This document shows positions 1 to 12,300 of a stretch of 64,000 nucleotides of DNA, one piece after another. Source of the stretch: a bacterium (GTDB lineage Bacteria; Bacillota; Negativicutes; Veillonellales; Megasphaeraceae); the NCBI GenBank assembly GCA_963655305.1, contig CAVKEA010000002.1:18894-82893 (forward strand). The letters are read 5' to 3'. Below the pieces are notes generated by a model. The model saw only the letters and a list, made by a program, of their open reading frames with translations, was not told the origin of the DNA and searched no databases. A program made the position numbers and the translations under genes. Position 1 is the stretch's first letter; the number at the start of each line of letters is the position of its first letter.

Positions 1-149
1 GCAGCTTCGATCTGACGGTTGGTAATCCAAGACGGTTCAGCAGCAACCAAACCGAATTCGCCGTGTGCTACTTTATTTCCGCGATGAGCCTGACCTTTCA
101 TACGGCCGCGGAACTGTTTACGATATTTAACACGTTTTGGAATTAACAT
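1..149 (-). CDS. rplP: 50S ribosomal protein L16 (N-terminal part; the gene runs off the window start)
   Basis: Minus-strand translation from the ATG at 149 reads [49 protein letters not shown], a conserved L16 N-terminus. It follows rpsC as in S10 operons, and its start overlaps the rpsC stop (TAATG). Confidence 0.9.
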   Translation of the reverse strand, partial: MLIPKRVKYRKQFRGRMKGQAHRGNKVAHGEFGLVAAEPSWITNRQIEA

Positions 150-820
150 TATGCTTCACTCCCTTCGTGTTTTTTCTGCGGAGCTTTTTTAGCTTCCGGC
201 AAAATTTCACCTTTATAAATCCAGCATTTTACGCCAATGCAGCCATATGTTGTATGTGCTTCAGCGAAGCCATAATCGATATCTGCACGGAGTGTATGCA
301 AGGGGATAGAGCCATCACGCAAGCTTTCGCTGCGGGCGATTTCAGCACCGCCAAGACGGCCGGAGCACATAATTTTGATACCTTTGGCACCCATACGCAT
401 CGTACGGCCAACACACTGTTTCATAGCGCGGCGAAAGCCAATACGGCGTTCAAGCTGGCTGGCAACGTTTTCAGCAACAAGCGTTGCATCCATTTCAGCC
501 TGTTTGATTTCAGCGATGTTGACATCGACAGTTTTTGTTGTGAAAGCTTTGAGTGCTTTTTTAATATCTTCAATACCAGCACCACCGCGGCCAATTACCA
601 TGCCCGGTTTTGCAGTATGAATAATCAATTTAATACGTTTAGCAGACCGTTCAATTTCAATACGAGAAACGCCTGCGATGAACAACTGTTTCTTTAAGAA
701 TTCACGGATTTTTACGTCTTCATTCAGAAGTGTTGCATAATCCTTTTCAGCATACCATTTCGCATCCCAGGGTTTTACAACGCCAACACGAAATCCATGG
801 GCATTAACTTTTTGACCCAC
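149..820 (-). CDS. rpsC: 30S ribosomal protein S3
   Basis: The 223-aa ORF starts [14 protein letters not shown] and contains KH/S3-C like blocks. Its position between rplV and rplP fits the operon order. Confidence 0.97.
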   Translation of the reverse strand: MGQKVNAHGFRVGVVKPWDAKWYAEKDYATLLNEDVKIREFLKKQLFIAGVSRIEIERSAKRIKLIIHTAKPGMVIGRGGAGIEDIKKALKAFTTKTVDVNIAEIKQAEMDATLVAENVASQLERRIGFRRAMKQCVGRTMRMGAKGIKIMCSGRLGGAEIARSESLRDGSIPLHTLRADIDYGFAEAHTTYGCIGVKCWIYKGEILPEAKKAPQKKHEGSEA

Positions 821-833
821 TACGTTTCCCTCC

Positions 834-1169
834 TTATGCTCTTTCTTTTACGACAACAGTCAAGTGACTGGAATGTTTCAAAATTTTGAAAGCCTGTCCA
901 CGGCTGCGCGGATGAATACGTTTCATCGTGGAATCTTGGTCAACGAAAATTTCAGAAACAAATAATTTATCTACGTTCATGTCATTATTGTGTTCCGCAT
1001 TTGCTACAGCAGAGCGCAATGCTTTTTCTACTACACGGGAACCCACTTTCGGAGTGAATTTCAGGATAGAGAAAGCTTCGCCTACATTTTTGCCCCGAAC
1101 CAAGTCAGCTACGATTCGAATTTTTCGGGGGGCAATGCGAATATGTCTAGCAATTGCTTTTGCTTCCAT
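834..1169 (-). CDS. rplV: 50S ribosomal protein L22
   Basis: The ORF reads [27 protein letters not shown]. The track start at 1172 is a TTG that abuts the RBS. The ATG at 1169 lies 8 nt after GGGAGG (1178-1183) and is preferred. Confidence 0.95.
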   Translation of the reverse strand: MEAKAIARHIRIAPRKIRIVADLVRGKNVGEAFSILKFTPKVGSRVVEKALRSAVANAEHNNDMNVDKLFVSEIFVDQDSTMKRIHPRSRGQAFKILKHSSHLTVVVKERA

Positions 1170-1183
1170 CAAAGTTACCTCCC

Positions 1184-1459
1184 TTATTTAGTTACCTTTT
1201 CAGCTTTAGCATGGCCTTTGAATGTACGAGTCGGAGCAAATTCGCCCAACTTGTGGCCTACCATGTCTTCTGTAATGTAGACAGGTACGTGTTTCCGGCC
1301 GTCGTGAACAGCAATCGTATGTCCTACGAAGCTAGGCAAAATCGTGGATGCACGGGACCAGGTTTTTACTACTTTTTTTTCATTGGCTTCATTCATAGCA
1401 TCAATCTTTTTGAGGAGATGAAATGCTACGAATGGGCCCTTTTTAACGGATCTGGACAC
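1184..1459 (-). CDS. rpsS: 30S ribosomal protein S19
   Basis: The 91-aa ORF reads [11 protein letters not shown]...[23 protein letters not shown]. Operon order fits. Confidence 0.97.
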   Translation of the reverse strand: MSRSVKKGPFVAFHLLKKIDAMNEANEKKVVKTWSRASTILPSFVGHTIAVHDGRKHVPVYITEDMVGHKLGEFAPTRTFKGHAKAEKVTK

Positions 1460-1481
1460 TTATTTATCTCCTTTCCACAAC

Positions 1482-2309
1482 CTATTTACGTCTCTTCACA
1501 ATAAACTTATTGGAAGCTTTTTTAGATTCACGAGTCTTAACGCCATATGCAGGTTTACCCCAAGGAGTAACCGGACGTTTACGGCCGACAGGAGACTTGC
1601 CTTCGCCGCCGCCATGCGGATGATCGCACGGGTTCATAACAACACCGCGGTTGCCTGGGCGAATGCCTTTCCAACGGGAACGGCCAGCTTTACCAATTGT
1701 GATGTTTTCATAGTCCGTATTGCTTACAACACCGATAGTTGCACGGCAGCGGATATGAACCTGACGCAATTCGCCGGAAGGAAGACGAAGCAATGCATAG
1801 TTTCCTTCTTTAGCCATGAGCTGTGCAGATTCACCGGCAGAACGTACCATCTGAGCACCTTTGCCGATTTTAAGTTCTACATTGTGTACTAATGTACCAA
1901 GAGGGATATTGGCGAGCGGCAATGCATTACCAATTTTAATATCGGATTCGGGGCCGCTGTAAACAACGTCGCCGACTTTCAAGCCGTTCGGAGCAATGAT
2001 ATATTTCTTTTCGCCGTCTGCGTAAAACAGAAGAGCGATATTTGCAGAGCGGTTCGGATCGTATTCAATCGTCGCTACTTTTGCAGGGATGTTATCTTTA
2101 ATACGTTTGAAGTCAATCAAACGATAACGGCGTTTATGGCCGCCACCTTGATGACGGACAGTCATTCGACCGCTATTATTACGACCGCCTTTGTTGGTAA
2201 CTTTAGCCAGCAAAGATTTTTCCGGTTTGGACGCCGTGATTTCTTCAAAAGTCGAAACTGTCATGAAACGACGGCCAGCGGAATACGGTTTAAATGATTT
2301 AATGGCCAT
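1482..2309 (-). CDS. rplB: 50S ribosomal protein L2
   Basis: The 275-aa ORF starts [14 protein letters not shown] and contains the GGGEGK motif region. Operon order fits. Confidence 0.97.
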   Translation of the reverse strand: MAIKSFKPYSAGRRFMTVSTFEEITASKPEKSLLAKVTNKGGRNNSGRMTVRHQGGGHKRRYRLIDFKRIKDNIPAKVATIEYDPNRSANIALLFYADGEKKYIIAPNGLKVGDVVYSGPESDIKIGNALPLANIPLGTLVHNVELKIGKGAQMVRSAGESAQLMAKEGNYALLRLPSGELRQVHIRCRATIGVVSNTDYENITIGKAGRSRWKGIRPGNRGVVMNPCDHPHGGGEGKSPVGRKRPVTPWGKPAYGVKTRESKKASNKFIVKRRK

Positions 2310-2340
2310 TTTGGTGCCTCCTCCTTTATTTCGTTATTCC

Positions 2341-2625
2341 TTAAGCTCCTTCAAAGAATTCGATGGTTTCGCCTTCCTGAAGTGTTACGATGGCTTTTTT
2401 ATAGTCCGGGCGTTTGCCAACATACTTACCCATGCGTTTGAATTTGCCCATCGTACGAAGAGTTGCTACGCTTTTGACTTTAACATCAAAAACAGCTTCT
2501 ACGGCTTTACGGATTTCGATTTTATTTGCATGGAGCGGTACCTTAAATGTGTACTTGCCATCAGACATCATCATTGTTGTTTTTTCAGTGATGACCGGTT
2601 TTAATAAGAGATCATGCATGTTCAT
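2341..2625 (-). CDS. rplW: 50S ribosomal protein L23
   Basis: The 94-aa ORF contains the L23-like block [10 protein letters not shown]. It starts directly after the rplD stop. Confidence 0.95.
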   Translation of the reverse strand: MNMHDLLLKPVITEKTTMMMSDGKYTFKVPLHANKIEIRKAVEAVFDVKVKSVATLRTMGKFKRMGKYVGKRPDYKKAIVTLQEGETIEFFEGA

Positions 2626-3249
2626 TTATGCGAGCACCTCCTCAATCTTGGCTACAGCGCTCTTTGTAACAAACAGCTTTGTGTAGTGAAGCAAATCAAA
2701 GATGTTGATGCCTTCTGTAGAAACAGCTTTAACACCTGTGATATTGCGGGCACAACGAGCAACGATTTCATCGTTGTCTGTAACGAAAAGAACTTTTTCA
2801 CCAGCAAATTTGAAGTTGTTGATGACATTTACAATTTCTTTCGTTTTCGGAGCTGCGAGATTGATTTCGTCTAATACGAATAATTCATTTGTATTTACTT
2901 TATCGCTTAAAGCGGATTTAACAGCCAAACGTCTAGCTTTACGCGGCATTTTCTGTGCGTAAGAGCGTGGATGTGGACCCCAGATGGTGCCGCCGCCAAC
3001 CCACAATGGGCTGCGAGTGCTGCCTACACGGGCCCGGCCGGTTCCTTTTTGTTTCCAAGGTTTTCTGCCGCCGCCACGAACCAAACCTCTGGTTTTCGTG
3101 GAATGCGTGCCTAAGCGTTCATTTGCGAGCTGACGAAGAACGGCCTGTCTCATGACAGCTTCGTTCACTTCAACGCCAAATACGCTATCGTTCAATTCAA
3201 TTTCACCGGTCTGTGCGCCGGTAATATTATACGTGCTTACTTTTGGCAT
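2626..3249 (-). CDS. rplD: 50S ribosomal protein L4
   Basis: The 207-aa ORF contains THSTKTRGLVRGGGRKPWKQKGTGRAR, the L4 signature region. Confidence 0.97.
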   Translation of the reverse strand: MPKVSTYNITGAQTGEIELNDSVFGVEVNEAVMRQAVLRQLANERLGTHSTKTRGLVRGGGRKPWKQKGTGRARVGSTRSPLWVGGGTIWGPHPRSYAQKMPRKARRLAVKSALSDKVNTNELFVLDEINLAAPKTKEIVNVINNFKFAGEKVLFVTDNDEIVARCARNITGVKAVSTEGINIFDLLHYTKLFVTKSAVAKIEEVLA

Positions 3250-3282
3250 TATAATTTATCCTCCTTCCTGTATATCAACAAA

Positions 3283-3921
3283 TTAGCGGGGTTTGACAGT
3301 GTCGCGAATCATTACAAGGCTGCCTTTAGCGCCCGGAATGCCACCTTTAACCAAGATAAGGTTTTTGTCCATATCTACTTTTACGATAGAAAGATGGAGA
3401 ACTGTTGCCTGATTGCCACCCATTTGTCCAGGAAGTTTTTTACCTTTGACGACTTTACCGCCGCCACCACTGATCATAGGTCCGAGAGAACCAGGTTCAC
3501 GATGAGATTTGGAACCGTGACTCATTGGCCCGCGATGGAAACCGTGACGTTTGATAGTACCTGCAAAACCTTTACCTTTGCTGGTGCCAATTACGTCGAC
3601 GAGATCGCCGCTTGCGAAAATATCAGCTGCCAGAGTTTGGCCAACTGTATAATCCGGCGTATCTGTCAAACGAAATTCGCGAAGATACTTTACAGGAGCA
3701 ACGCCTGCTTTGTCGAATTGACCCTTAACGGGTTTTGTCAGATGTTTTTCTTTGATTTCGCCATAGCCCAACTGAATGGAGTTGTATCCGTCAGTATCAA
3801 CTGTTTTAACACGGACAACTACGTTCGGGGAAGCTTCGACGACTGTTACAGGAACGACTGCGCCTTCTTCAGTGAAGACCTGAGTCATACCTAATTTTTT
3901 ACCCAAAATAGCTTTAGACAT
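3283..3921 (-). CDS. rplC: 50S ribosomal protein L3
   Basis: The 212-aa ORF reads [16 protein letters not shown]...[13 protein letters not shown], typical of L3. Confidence 0.97.
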   Translation of the reverse strand: MSKAILGKKLGMTQVFTEEGAVVPVTVVEASPNVVVRVKTVDTDGYNSIQLGYGEIKEKHLTKPVKGQFDKAGVAPVKYLREFRLTDTPDYTVGQTLAADIFASGDLVDVIGTSKGKGFAGTIKRHGFHRGPMSHGSKSHREPGSLGPMISGGGGKVVKGKKLPGQMGGNQATVLHLSIVKVDMDKNLILVKGGIPGAKGSLVMIRDTVKPR

Positions 3922-3935
3922 AATCGCACCTCCTC

Positions 3936-4247
3936 CTATAATTTGATTTCGATGTCTACGCCTGCCGGCAGATCGAGTCTCATCAATGCATCAACGGTTT
4001 TGTTGGATGCTTCGAGAATATCGATCAAGCGTTTGTGCGTACGCAGTTCGAACTGTTCACGAGAATCTTTGTTAACATGCGGAGAACGCAGAATCGTGAA
4101 GATGTTCTTTTCCGTCGGCAGCGGAATAGGGCCAGATACCATAGCACCTGTCCGTTTCGCCGTATCGACGATTTTCGCCGCGCTCTGATCCAATGTTTTG
4201 TGATCGTACGCTTTAAGGCGAATTCTGATTCTTTCCTGTTTTGCCAT
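3936..4247 (-). CDS. rpsJ: 30S ribosomal protein S10
   Basis: The 103-aa ORF reads [22 protein letters not shown]...[14 protein letters not shown], typical of S10. It is the first gene of the S10 operon. Confidence 0.97.
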   Translation of the reverse strand: MAKQERIRIRLKAYDHKTLDQSAAKIVDTAKRTGAMVSGPIPLPTEKNIFTILRSPHVNKDSREQFELRTHKRLIDILEASNKTVDALMRLDLPAGVDIEIKL

Positions 4248-4375
4248 TACGTAATTCCTCCTAACGTCTATTTCATTGAATAGACTGCTCCATAGGAGTT
4301 TCCCCGCAATGCGGGCAACATCCTATATCATAGTTTAAACGCGCTCAGGGTATCCCTGTTGTCGCGTACTTACAT

Positions 4376-4404
4376 AGTGTACTACAAAACAAGCATGCAT
4401 GCAA
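4376..4404 (-). promoter_or_regulatory. Candidate sigma-70 type promoter of the S10 operon
   Basis: The minus strand reads TTGCAT (4404-4399), a 17-nt spacer, then TACACT (4381-4376). This sits about 130 nt upstream of rpsJ. A GC hairpin (CCCGCATTGCGGGG) lies in the leader. Confidence 0.35.
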
Positions 4405-4471
4405 GGATTTTTGAATACTTTTTTGTCGTTTCCTAACTTATTTTGCATAGCTTTTATAATGAAAAATCATG

Positions 4472-4510
4472 TAAAAGAAAAGAGCCACAAGCATCAGCTT
4501 GCAGCTCTTT
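4472..4510 (-). terminator. Intrinsic terminator downstream of tuf
   Basis: The minus strand reads AAAGAGCTGCAAGC-TGAT-GCTTGTGGCTCTTT followed by TCTTTTAC. The stem arms 4479-4492 and 4497-4510 pair. Confidence 0.65.
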
Positions 4511-4551
4511 ATCGTCATTGCCATGAATACCCTTCATGCAATATTTTTTTA

Positions 4552-5739
4552 TTAAGCGTCGATTTCAGATACAACGCCAGCGCCTACTGTACGGCCGCCT
4601 TCACGAATAGCGAAACGAAGACCAACTTCGATAGCAATCGGAGTAATAAGTTCTACGTCCATTTTTACGTTATCGCCAGGCATGCACATTTCAGTGCCTT
4701 CCGGAAGATTGATAACGCCTGTTACGTCGGTTGTACGGAAATAGAACTGCGGACGATAGCCGTTAAAGAACGGAGTATGACGGCCGCCTTCATCTTTCGT
4801 CAAAACGTAAACTTGAGCTTTGAATTTCGTGTGCGGATGAATCGTACCCGGTTTAGCCAAAACCTGGCCGCGTTCGATTTCTTTACGGTCAACGCCGCGG
4901 AGCAATGCGCCGATGTTATCGCCTGCTTCAGCAAGGTCAAGGATTTTACGGAACATTTCAACGCCAGTAACAACTGTATCTTTAGGTTCGTCAGCCAAGC
5001 CAACGATTTCAACAGCGTCGCCAACTTTGATCGTGCCACGTTCAACACGGCCAGTAGCAACAGTGCCGCGGCCTGTGATCGTGAATACGTCTTCGACAGG
5101 CATCAAGAACGGTTTGTCAGTCGGACGATCCGGTGTCGGGATATATTCGTCAACAGCTTTCATGAGGTCGAGGATGTGCTGTTTTTCAGTTTCGTCGCCT
5201 TCGAGAGCTTTCAATGCAGAACCTACAACGATAGGTACTTCATCACCAGGGAAATCATAGGAGCTGAGGAGATCGCGAACTTCCATTTCAACGAGTTCGA
5301 TCAATTCCGGATCATCAACCTGGTCAGATTTGTTAAGGAATACTACGATAGCAGGTACGCCAACCTGACGAGCCAAAAGGATGTGTTCACGAGTCTGCGG
5401 CATTGGGCCGTCAGCTGCGGATACAACGAGGATAGCACCGTCCATCTGAGCAGCGCCAGTGATCATGTTTTTAACATAGTCAGCATGCCCCGGGCAGTCA
5501 ACGTGTGCATAGTGACGAGTATCTGTTTCATATTCAACGTGTGCTGTGTTGATTGTAATACCACGTTCACGTTCTTCAGGAGCCTTATCGATATCAGCAT
5601 AGTCTTCGAATTTAGCGTAGCCTTTTTCAGCCAATACTTTTGTAATAGCAGCTGTCAAAGTTGTTTTACCATGGTCAACGTGACCGATAGTACCAATGTT
5701 AACATGCGGTTTGGTTCTTTCGTAATGTTCTTTAGCCAT
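4552..5739 (-). CDS. tuf: Elongation factor Tu
   Basis: The 395-aa ORF reads [29 protein letters not shown] and has the DCPGH and NKSD GTPase motifs. Confidence 0.99.
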   Translation of the reverse strand: MAKEHYERTKPHVNIGTIGHVDHGKTTLTAAITKVLAEKGYAKFEDYADIDKAPEERERGITINTAHVEYETDTRHYAHVDCPGHADYVKNMITGAAQMDGAILVVSAADGPMPQTREHILLARQVGVPAIVVFLNKSDQVDDPELIELVEMEVRDLLSSYDFPGDEVPIVVGSALKALEGDETEKQHILDLMKAVDEYIPTPDRPTDKPFLMPVEDVFTITGRGTVATGRVERGTIKVGDAVEIVGLADEPKDTVVTGVEMFRKILDLAEAGDNIGALLRGVDRKEIERGQVLAKPGTIHPHTKFKAQVYVLTKDEGGRHTPFFNGYRPQFYFRTTDVTGVINLPEGTEMCMPGDNVKMDVELITPIAIEVGLRFAIREGGRTVGAGVVSEIDA

Positions 5740-5769
5740 TTTGCAGTTCCTCCAATGTAATTAAAATTA

Positions 5770-7842
5770 TTAGCCTTTGTCGCTGATGACTTTTTCAGCT
5801 ACGTTTTTAGGAACTTCTTCGTAGTGGTCAAAAGTCATTGTATAAACGCCACGGCCCTGCGTTTTAGAACGCAAATCCGTTGCATAGCCAAACATTTCAG
5901 CCAATGGTACAAATGCATTGATATGTTCAGCGCCACTGCGCATTTCCATACCTTCTACACGACCACGGCGGGAGTTTAAGTCGCCGATTACATCGCCCAT
6001 GTATTCTTCAGGAACGACAACTTCGACTTTAGTATACGGTTCGAGAAGAACCGGGTCTGCTTTTCTTGCGCCTTCTTTGAAGCCCATAGAGCCTGCAATC
6101 TTGAAGGCCATTTCAGAGGAGTCGACTTCATGATAGGAACCATCATAAACGACGACTTTAATATCTACCATCGGGAAGCCGGCAAGTACGCCTGTTTCCA
6201 TAGCTTCTTTTACGCCTGCTTCAACAGAACCGATATATTCTTTAGGAATAGCACCGCCAACGACTTTGTTTTCAAATTCGTAGCCTTTCCCCTGTTCCTG
6301 CGGAATAAGTTCGAGCCAGCAGTCACCATATTGGCCGCGGCCGCCGGACTGACGTTTGAAGAAACCACGGGATTTGACATCTTTGCGAATGGTTTCGCGA
6401 TATGCAACCTGCGGTTTGCCGACGTTGCAGTCTACCTTAAATTCACGAGACATACGGTCAACGATGATATCAAGGTGAAGTTCGCCCATACCGGAAATAA
6501 TGGTCTGGCCAGTTTCTGCATCTGTCTTAACTTTGAAAGTCGGATCTTCTTCAGCAAGACGAGCAAGGGCAATACCCATTTTTTCCTGGTCAGCTTTTGT
6601 TTTCGGTTCAACAGCAACAGAAATAACCGGATCCGGGAATTCCATCTTTTCAAGGATAATCGGATGTTTTTCATCGCAGAGAGTATCACCTGTTGTGGTG
6701 TCTTTCAAGCCGACGATAGCACCGATATCACCTGTATATGCTTCCTGTACTTCTTCACGGTGGTTAGCATGCATGCGCAGGATACGGCCAACACGTTCTT
6801 TCTTTCCTTTAGTGGAGTTGTAAACGTATGTGCCGGCCTGAAGAGTACCGGAATAAATACGGAAGAAAGCTAATTTACCAACAAAGGGGTCAGCCATGAT
6901 TTTAAATGCCAAAGCAGAGAACGGTGCTTTGTCATCAGCTTCACGGTGATCTTCTTCCCCTGTGTCCGGATCTGTTCCGTCAACAGGAGGAATATCGAGC
7001 GGTGACGGCATGTAGTCGACAACAGCATCGAGAAGCATCTGAATCCCTTTATTTTTATAAGCAGAACCGCAAAGTACAGGGAACAATCTGTTTGTTACGA
7101 CGGCTTTACGGATTGCTGTTTTAATATCTTCAATAGAAAGTTCTTCGCCATCCAAATATTTCATCATGAGATCGTCATCTGTTTCGCAGATGGTTTCAAT
7201 CATGATCTGATGATATTTTTCAGCTTCTTCTTTCATATCATCAGGAATATCAACGATTTCGATTTCTTTACCGAGAGCATCATCATATACTTCAGCTTTC
7301 ATCGTGATGAGGTCGATGATACCACGGAATTCTGTTTCTGCACCAATCGGAAGCTGTATAGCTACCGCATTTGCCTGAAGACGATCTTTCATCATGTTGA
7401 CAACGTTTAAGAAGTCAGCACCAGTTGTATCCATCTTGTTGACGAATGCGATACGGGGAACATGGTAATGTTCAGCCTGACGCCATACTGTTTCAGACTG
7501 CGGTTCAACGCCGCCTTTTGCAGAGAAGACAGCAACAGAGCCATCAAGTACACGGAGAGAGCGTTCTACTTCAACGGTGAAGTCAACGTGCCCCGGAGTA
7601 TCAATGATGTTGATGCGGTAACCTTTCCAATGAGCTGTGGTAGCAGCGGACGTGATTGTAATACCACGTTCCTGTTCCTGAGCCATCCAGTCCATAGTAG
7701 CTGCGCCATCATGAACTTCGCCGATTTTATGAACACGGCCGGTATAGAAAAGGATACGTTCTGTTGTCGTGGTTTTACCAGCATCGATGTGAGCCATGAT
7801 GCCAATGTTTCTCGTTTTTTCCAAAGAAAATTCTCTTGGCAC
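5770..7842 (-). CDS. fusA: Elongation factor G
   Basis: The ORF contains [23 protein letters not shown] and DTPGH. The track start (GTG at 7854) overlaps the GAGGAG RBS. The in-frame GTG at 7842 gives the canonical [12 protein letters not shown] start, so it is preferred. Confidence 0.95.
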   Translation of the reverse strand: MPREFSLEKTRNIGIMAHIDAGKTTTTERILFYTGRVHKIGEVHDGAATMDWMAQEQERGITITSAATTAHWKGYRINIIDTPGHVDFTVEVERSLRVLDGSVAVFSAKGGVEPQSETVWRQAEHYHVPRIAFVNKMDTTGADFLNVVNMMKDRLQANAVAIQLPIGAETEFRGIIDLITMKAEVYDDALGKEIEIVDIPDDMKEEAEKYHQIMIETICETDDDLMMKYLDGEELSIEDIKTAIRKAVVTNRLFPVLCGSAYKNKGIQMLLDAVVDYMPSPLDIPPVDGTDPDTGEEDHREADDKAPFSALAFKIMADPFVGKLAFFRIYSGTLQAGTYVYNSTKGKKERVGRILRMHANHREEVQEAYTGDIGAIVGLKDTTTGDTLCDEKHPIILEKMEFPDPVISVAVEPKTKADQEKMGIALARLAEEDPTFKVKTDAETGQTIISGMGELHLDIIVDRMSREFKVDCNVGKPQVAYRETIRKDVKSRGFFKRQSGGRGQYGDCWLELIPQEQGKGYEFENKVVGGAIPKEYIGSVEAGVKEAMETGVLAGFPMVDIKVVVYDGSYHEVDSSEMAFKIAGSMGFKEGARKADPVLLEPYTKVEVVVPEEYMGDVIGDLNSRRGRVEGMEMRSGAEHINAFVPLAEMFGYATDLRSKTQGRGVYTMTFDHYEEVPKNVAEKVISDKG

Positions 7843-7878
7843 GGTTTTTTCCACTCCTCAAATAAAAAATAGCTTAAA

Positions 7879-8376
<498 letters not shown>

Positions 8377-8407
8377 TCATCAATTTCATCTTCTGATACG
8401 GTAACTC

Positions 8408-8779
8408 TTATTTACCTTTTTTAGCGCCGTATTTAGAACGGGACTGCTGACGATCTGCTACGCCAGCTGTATCCAAGGCACCGCGGACGATGTGATAACG
8501 TACACCAGGAAGGTCTTTGACACGACCGCCTCTGATTAATACAACACTGTGTTCCTGTAAATTGTGACCAATGCCAGGAATATAAGCAGTTACTTCGATG
8601 GAGTTCGTCAAACGAACACGGGCAACTTTACGCAAAGCAGAGTTAGGTTTTTTCGGTGTAGCTGTGTACACACGAGTGCAAACACCGCGTTTCTGCGGGC
8701 AGTTTTTCAAAGCCGGTGCGTTGGATTTCGTTACGGAATCCTGACGACCCTTACGAACTAATTGGCTGATTGTTGGCAT
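8408..8779 (-). CDS. rpsL: 30S ribosomal protein S12
   Basis: The 123-aa ORF reads [12 protein letters not shown]...[11 protein letters not shown], typical of S12. Confidence 0.97.
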   Translation of the reverse strand: MPTISQLVRKGRQDSVTKSNAPALKNCPQKRGVCTRVYTATPKKPNSALRKVARVRLTNSIEVTAYIPGIGHNLQEHSVVLIRGGRVKDLPGVRYHIVRGALDTAGVADRQQSRSKYGAKKGK

Positions 8780-8860
8780 ATGGGCACCTCCTCTCCAAAC
8801 AATTAGATTTATAATGTAATCATCACGGGATATAAAATCCGTTAGATGATACTACCAAAA

Positions 8861-9106
8861 TTATTTAAGTAAACCAACGGCTGCTGCCTTGACCTTAATG
8901 CGGCAAGCCATGCCGAGTTCCATCATGGAATACGAACGATCCAATGGGATTCCCATTTCCTGTGCGCACACGATAAGCGGCTTTCCGACTTGTTCATCGC
9001 AGTCTTTTGCAACATACAGCTGGGTGACTTCGTTTCGCTTCATTGCTTTCAGCGTTTGCTTTGCCCCTACTGTCTTGCGGGCACCGCTTACGAGTTCTAA
9101 GCTCAC
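8861..9106 (-). CDS. L7Ae-family ribosome-associated protein (YbxF-like)
   Basis: The 81-aa ORF starts at a GTG 9 nt after AGGAG. It lies between rpoC and rpsL, as Bacillus ybxF does, and contains the K-turn binder like block GAKQTLKAMKRNEV...VAKD. Confidence 0.8.
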   Translation of the reverse strand: MSLELVSGARKTVGAKQTLKAMKRNEVTQLYVAKDCDEQVGKPLIVCAQEMGIPLDRSYSMMELGMACRIKVKAAAVGLLK

Positions 9107-9163
9107 GAAACATCACTCCTTACTTTTCATAATTGGACGCAGCATTCACTGCGACACTTAGAT

Positions 9164-9192
9164 ATTTTAGCATTACGTCCTTAGTATGTCAA
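9164..9192 (-). promoter_or_regulatory. Strong sigma-70 type promoter for the L7Ae-rpsL-rpsG-fusA-tuf unit
   Basis: The minus strand reads TTGACA (9192-9187), an exact 17-nt spacer, then TAAAAT (9169-9164), about 55 nt upstream of the GTG at 9106. Confidence 0.6.
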
Positions 9193-9265
9193 TGAGTTTT
9201 TTCGTAAAAACTGCGTAACTACAACATTTTTTATTACACTTGCCCGTGTGTATCAATTAAAGCGC

Positions 9266-9299
9266 AAAAAAACAGAGACTTGCTGCCAAGCCTCTGTTT
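9266..9299 (-). terminator. Intrinsic terminator downstream of rpoC
   Basis: The minus strand reads CAGAGGCTTG-GCAG-CAAGTCTCTG followed by TTTTTTT. Confidence 0.7.
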
Positions 9300-9309
9300 G
9301 CATATTTTC

Positions 9310-12300
9310 TTAGTGTCCTGCTTCCGGAGCGTTCGTTTCACTGGCTTCGGATACATCCACTGGATTACCGTCTTCGTCTTCATATGAAATAGTCGGTACG
9401 GTTTTTACTACTTTTACCTTGCGGTAACGGCTCATGCCGGTACCTGCCGGAATCAGCTTGCCGATAATGACGTTTTCTTTAAGACCCAGAAGGGGATCGA
9501 TTTTGCCTTTAATCGCTGCATCCGTAAGTACACGTGTTGTTTCCTGGAAGGATGCTGCCGACAAGAAGGATTCCGTAGCCAACGCAGCCTTGGTAATACC
9601 AAGGAGCATAGGCTTGCCAATGACAGGTTTGCCGTTGGCTGCCTTAATGCGGCGATTTGTATCTTCAAATACATTGACATCTACATAATCTCCCGGCAGC
9701 AAATCAGCATCTCCGGCATCTTCGACTTTCATCTTGCGAAGCATTTGACGAACAATAACTTCAATGTGTTTATCGTTGATACCAACACCTTGAGATTTGT
9801 ATACTTTCTGTACTTCGTATACGAGGTACCGCTGTGTCGCTTCTACACCCAAAATGTGAAGAATGTCGTGCGGGTTAATGGAACCGGAAGTAATACGGCT
9901 TCCTTTCGTAATTTCATCGCCTTCATGGACAACTAAGTGAGAGCCGTACGGAATGGTATAGCTCCGTTCTTCCCCATCTTTGCCGACAACATGGACGATA
10001 TTGATATCGTGATGATCTTCTTTTTCGGTAATAGATACTACGCCGTCAATTTCCGTAACGATAGCATTGCCCTTTGGTTTACGTGCTTCAAACAATTCTT
10101 CGACACGCGGAAGACCTTGTGTGATATCGCCAGCAGATGCAACGCCGCCAGTATGGAACGTACGCATGGTCAGCTGTGTACCCGGTTCACCAATGGACTG
10201 TGCCGCAATAGTACCAACGGATTCGCCAACATTGACTTTTCCGCCTGTGCCAAGGTCACGGCCATAGCATTTTGCGCAAACGCCATAGCGGCTGCGGCAG
10301 GTAAGTACGGAACGGATACGTACTTTATCATAATATTTAGCAACTTCTTTAGCTGCTGCATCGGAAATTTCTTCATTCAGGGGAACGATAACTTCTCCCG
10401 TATTCGGGTTGATAAGCGTTTCTGCAGCTGTACGGCCTTCAATACGTTCTTCCAGCGGTTCAATAACGCCGTTGCCTTCTACAATAGCAGTAACTTCTAC
10501 GCCGCGGATATCGTTGTTGCGCACTTTAACTTCGTCTACATCGCTGGAAAGGATGCGTTCAATCGCATCTTCCGTAAGCGGTGTGCCGGCTGCGCAGATT
10601 TCTATGCCGTTGGAATCAATAACATCGGATTCGATGGTCTTGCCAAGCATATTATCTACCATAGATTTGCGGATAGCTGCACGGAATCCTTCTTCCGGCG
10701 CACCCAATGTAACGGTTTCAATGAGGTTGGTATGATTCATATCATCATTGATATCCATTTGGCTGCCCTGGAGATAAAGCTTCGGCAGTTTATGTTCGAT
10801 AATGGTATCCATATCGTCCGTTGTTAAAAGATGGCCCTGCGGGAAGACGACTTCCTGTGTTTCCGGATCTACTGCTTCCCGTGCCAATACACGATCAATC
10901 AGTTTTTCACGCAGGAGATTAACAGCCTGACGGCAGGAGCTTGCCAAACGGGCACGTTCACGAACGAGGTCGATGCCAAATACGTCGCAGTCATCTTCAC
11001 GAACGATAACGTCCTGAGATACGTCAACCAAACGGCGGGTCAAATACCCGGAATCGGCTGTACGAAGTGCTGTATCAGCCAAGCCTTTACGAGCACCATG
11101 GCTGGATGTAAAGTAGTCCAATACGGACAAGCCTTCACGGAAGTTTGCTTTAATCGGCAAGTCAATGATTCGGCCGGACGGGTCAGCCATCAAGCCACGC
11201 ATACCAGCAACCTGACGAATCTGCTGTTTATTACCACGGGCACCAGAGTCAGCCATCATGAAGATAGAGTTGAACGGATCCATGTTATCCATCATCACTT
11301 CTGTAACATCATCTGTTGCTTTTTCCCAAATAGCACACGTCTTGCGGTACCGTTCATCTTCGGTAATCAAGCCGCGGAGATACATTTTCGAGACATTTTG
11401 TACTTGTTTATCAGCAGCGCCAAGGATTTCCCATTTTTCTTCCGGAATCTGAATATCGGAAATAGCAATGGACATGCCGGCCTGGCGGGCGTAATGGTAG
11501 CCAATTGCTTTAATACGGTCCAAAAGTGCTGCAGTTTTGGTATTGCCAACAAGATGGAAGCAGGCATCAACCAATTTGCCAATTTGTTTCTTGTTCATCA
11601 ATACGCCTAAGCAGTCGACATCGACAAATTCTTTGCCTTCTTTGAAAGCAGCTACAGCTTCTTTGTCAATTTTATGAGCCGGCAGCGGACGAACAGACAA
11701 CAAGTCTACGCCGAATTCAGCTTTTAATTGTGAAAAACCATAATCTAAGATACGGCCGTCACTTTGTTTAATTTTAACTAAATGCGTTGAATCAATAACG
11801 CCATTTTCATAGGCAAATTTCGTATCTTCCGGATTATCAAATACCATCACTTTATCAGTATGATACAAACGCAGTGGTTCATAAATCTGGAAGTTGTACA
11901 GCAATTTGCCTGCCGTCGTTTCAATCAGGCCATGACCTGGAATACGAACTTTAATCAATGCTTCAATATCGATGACTTTTGCATCATATGCCAGCATAAC
12001 TTCATCGTAATTGGAGAACATTTTGCCTTCACCCATGGCACCTGGTTTGACGAGTGTTAAATAATAAGCCCCTAAAACCATATCCTGTGTCGGAACAGCA
12101 ACTGGTTTGCCGTCTTTCGGTGCCAGAATATTGTGGGCAGAAAGCATCAGTGTACGCGCTTCAGACTGTGCTTCTACTGACAGCGGCAAATGGCAGGCCA
12201 TCTGGTCACCATCGAAGTCCGCGTTAAAAGCGGTGCAGACCAACGGATGTAATTTGATGGCACGTCCTTCCCAAAGGATCGGTTCAAATGCCTGAATGCC

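Noticed and set aside
4399-5760. A 453-aa plus-strand ORF that covers the whole tuf gene on the opposite strand.
   Set aside because: It is antisense to a highly conserved EF-Tu CDS. The protein is low-complexity and F/N/C-rich, with no RBS. This is a typical shadow ORF. The same applies to the other long antisense ORFs:
- inside rpsC: 137-697;
- inside fusA: 6130-6873;
- inside rpoC: 9937-10827 and 10831-11610;
- inside rpoB: 15023-15970;
- inside nifJ: 35662-36324 and 36373-37083;
- inside pct: 48394-48987;
- inside the epimerase-like gene: 49264-49959;
- inside the phytase and porin genes: 57179-57610, 58468-59112 and 59597-60289;
- inside the metallophosphoesterase gene: 60795-61670 and 61797-62405.
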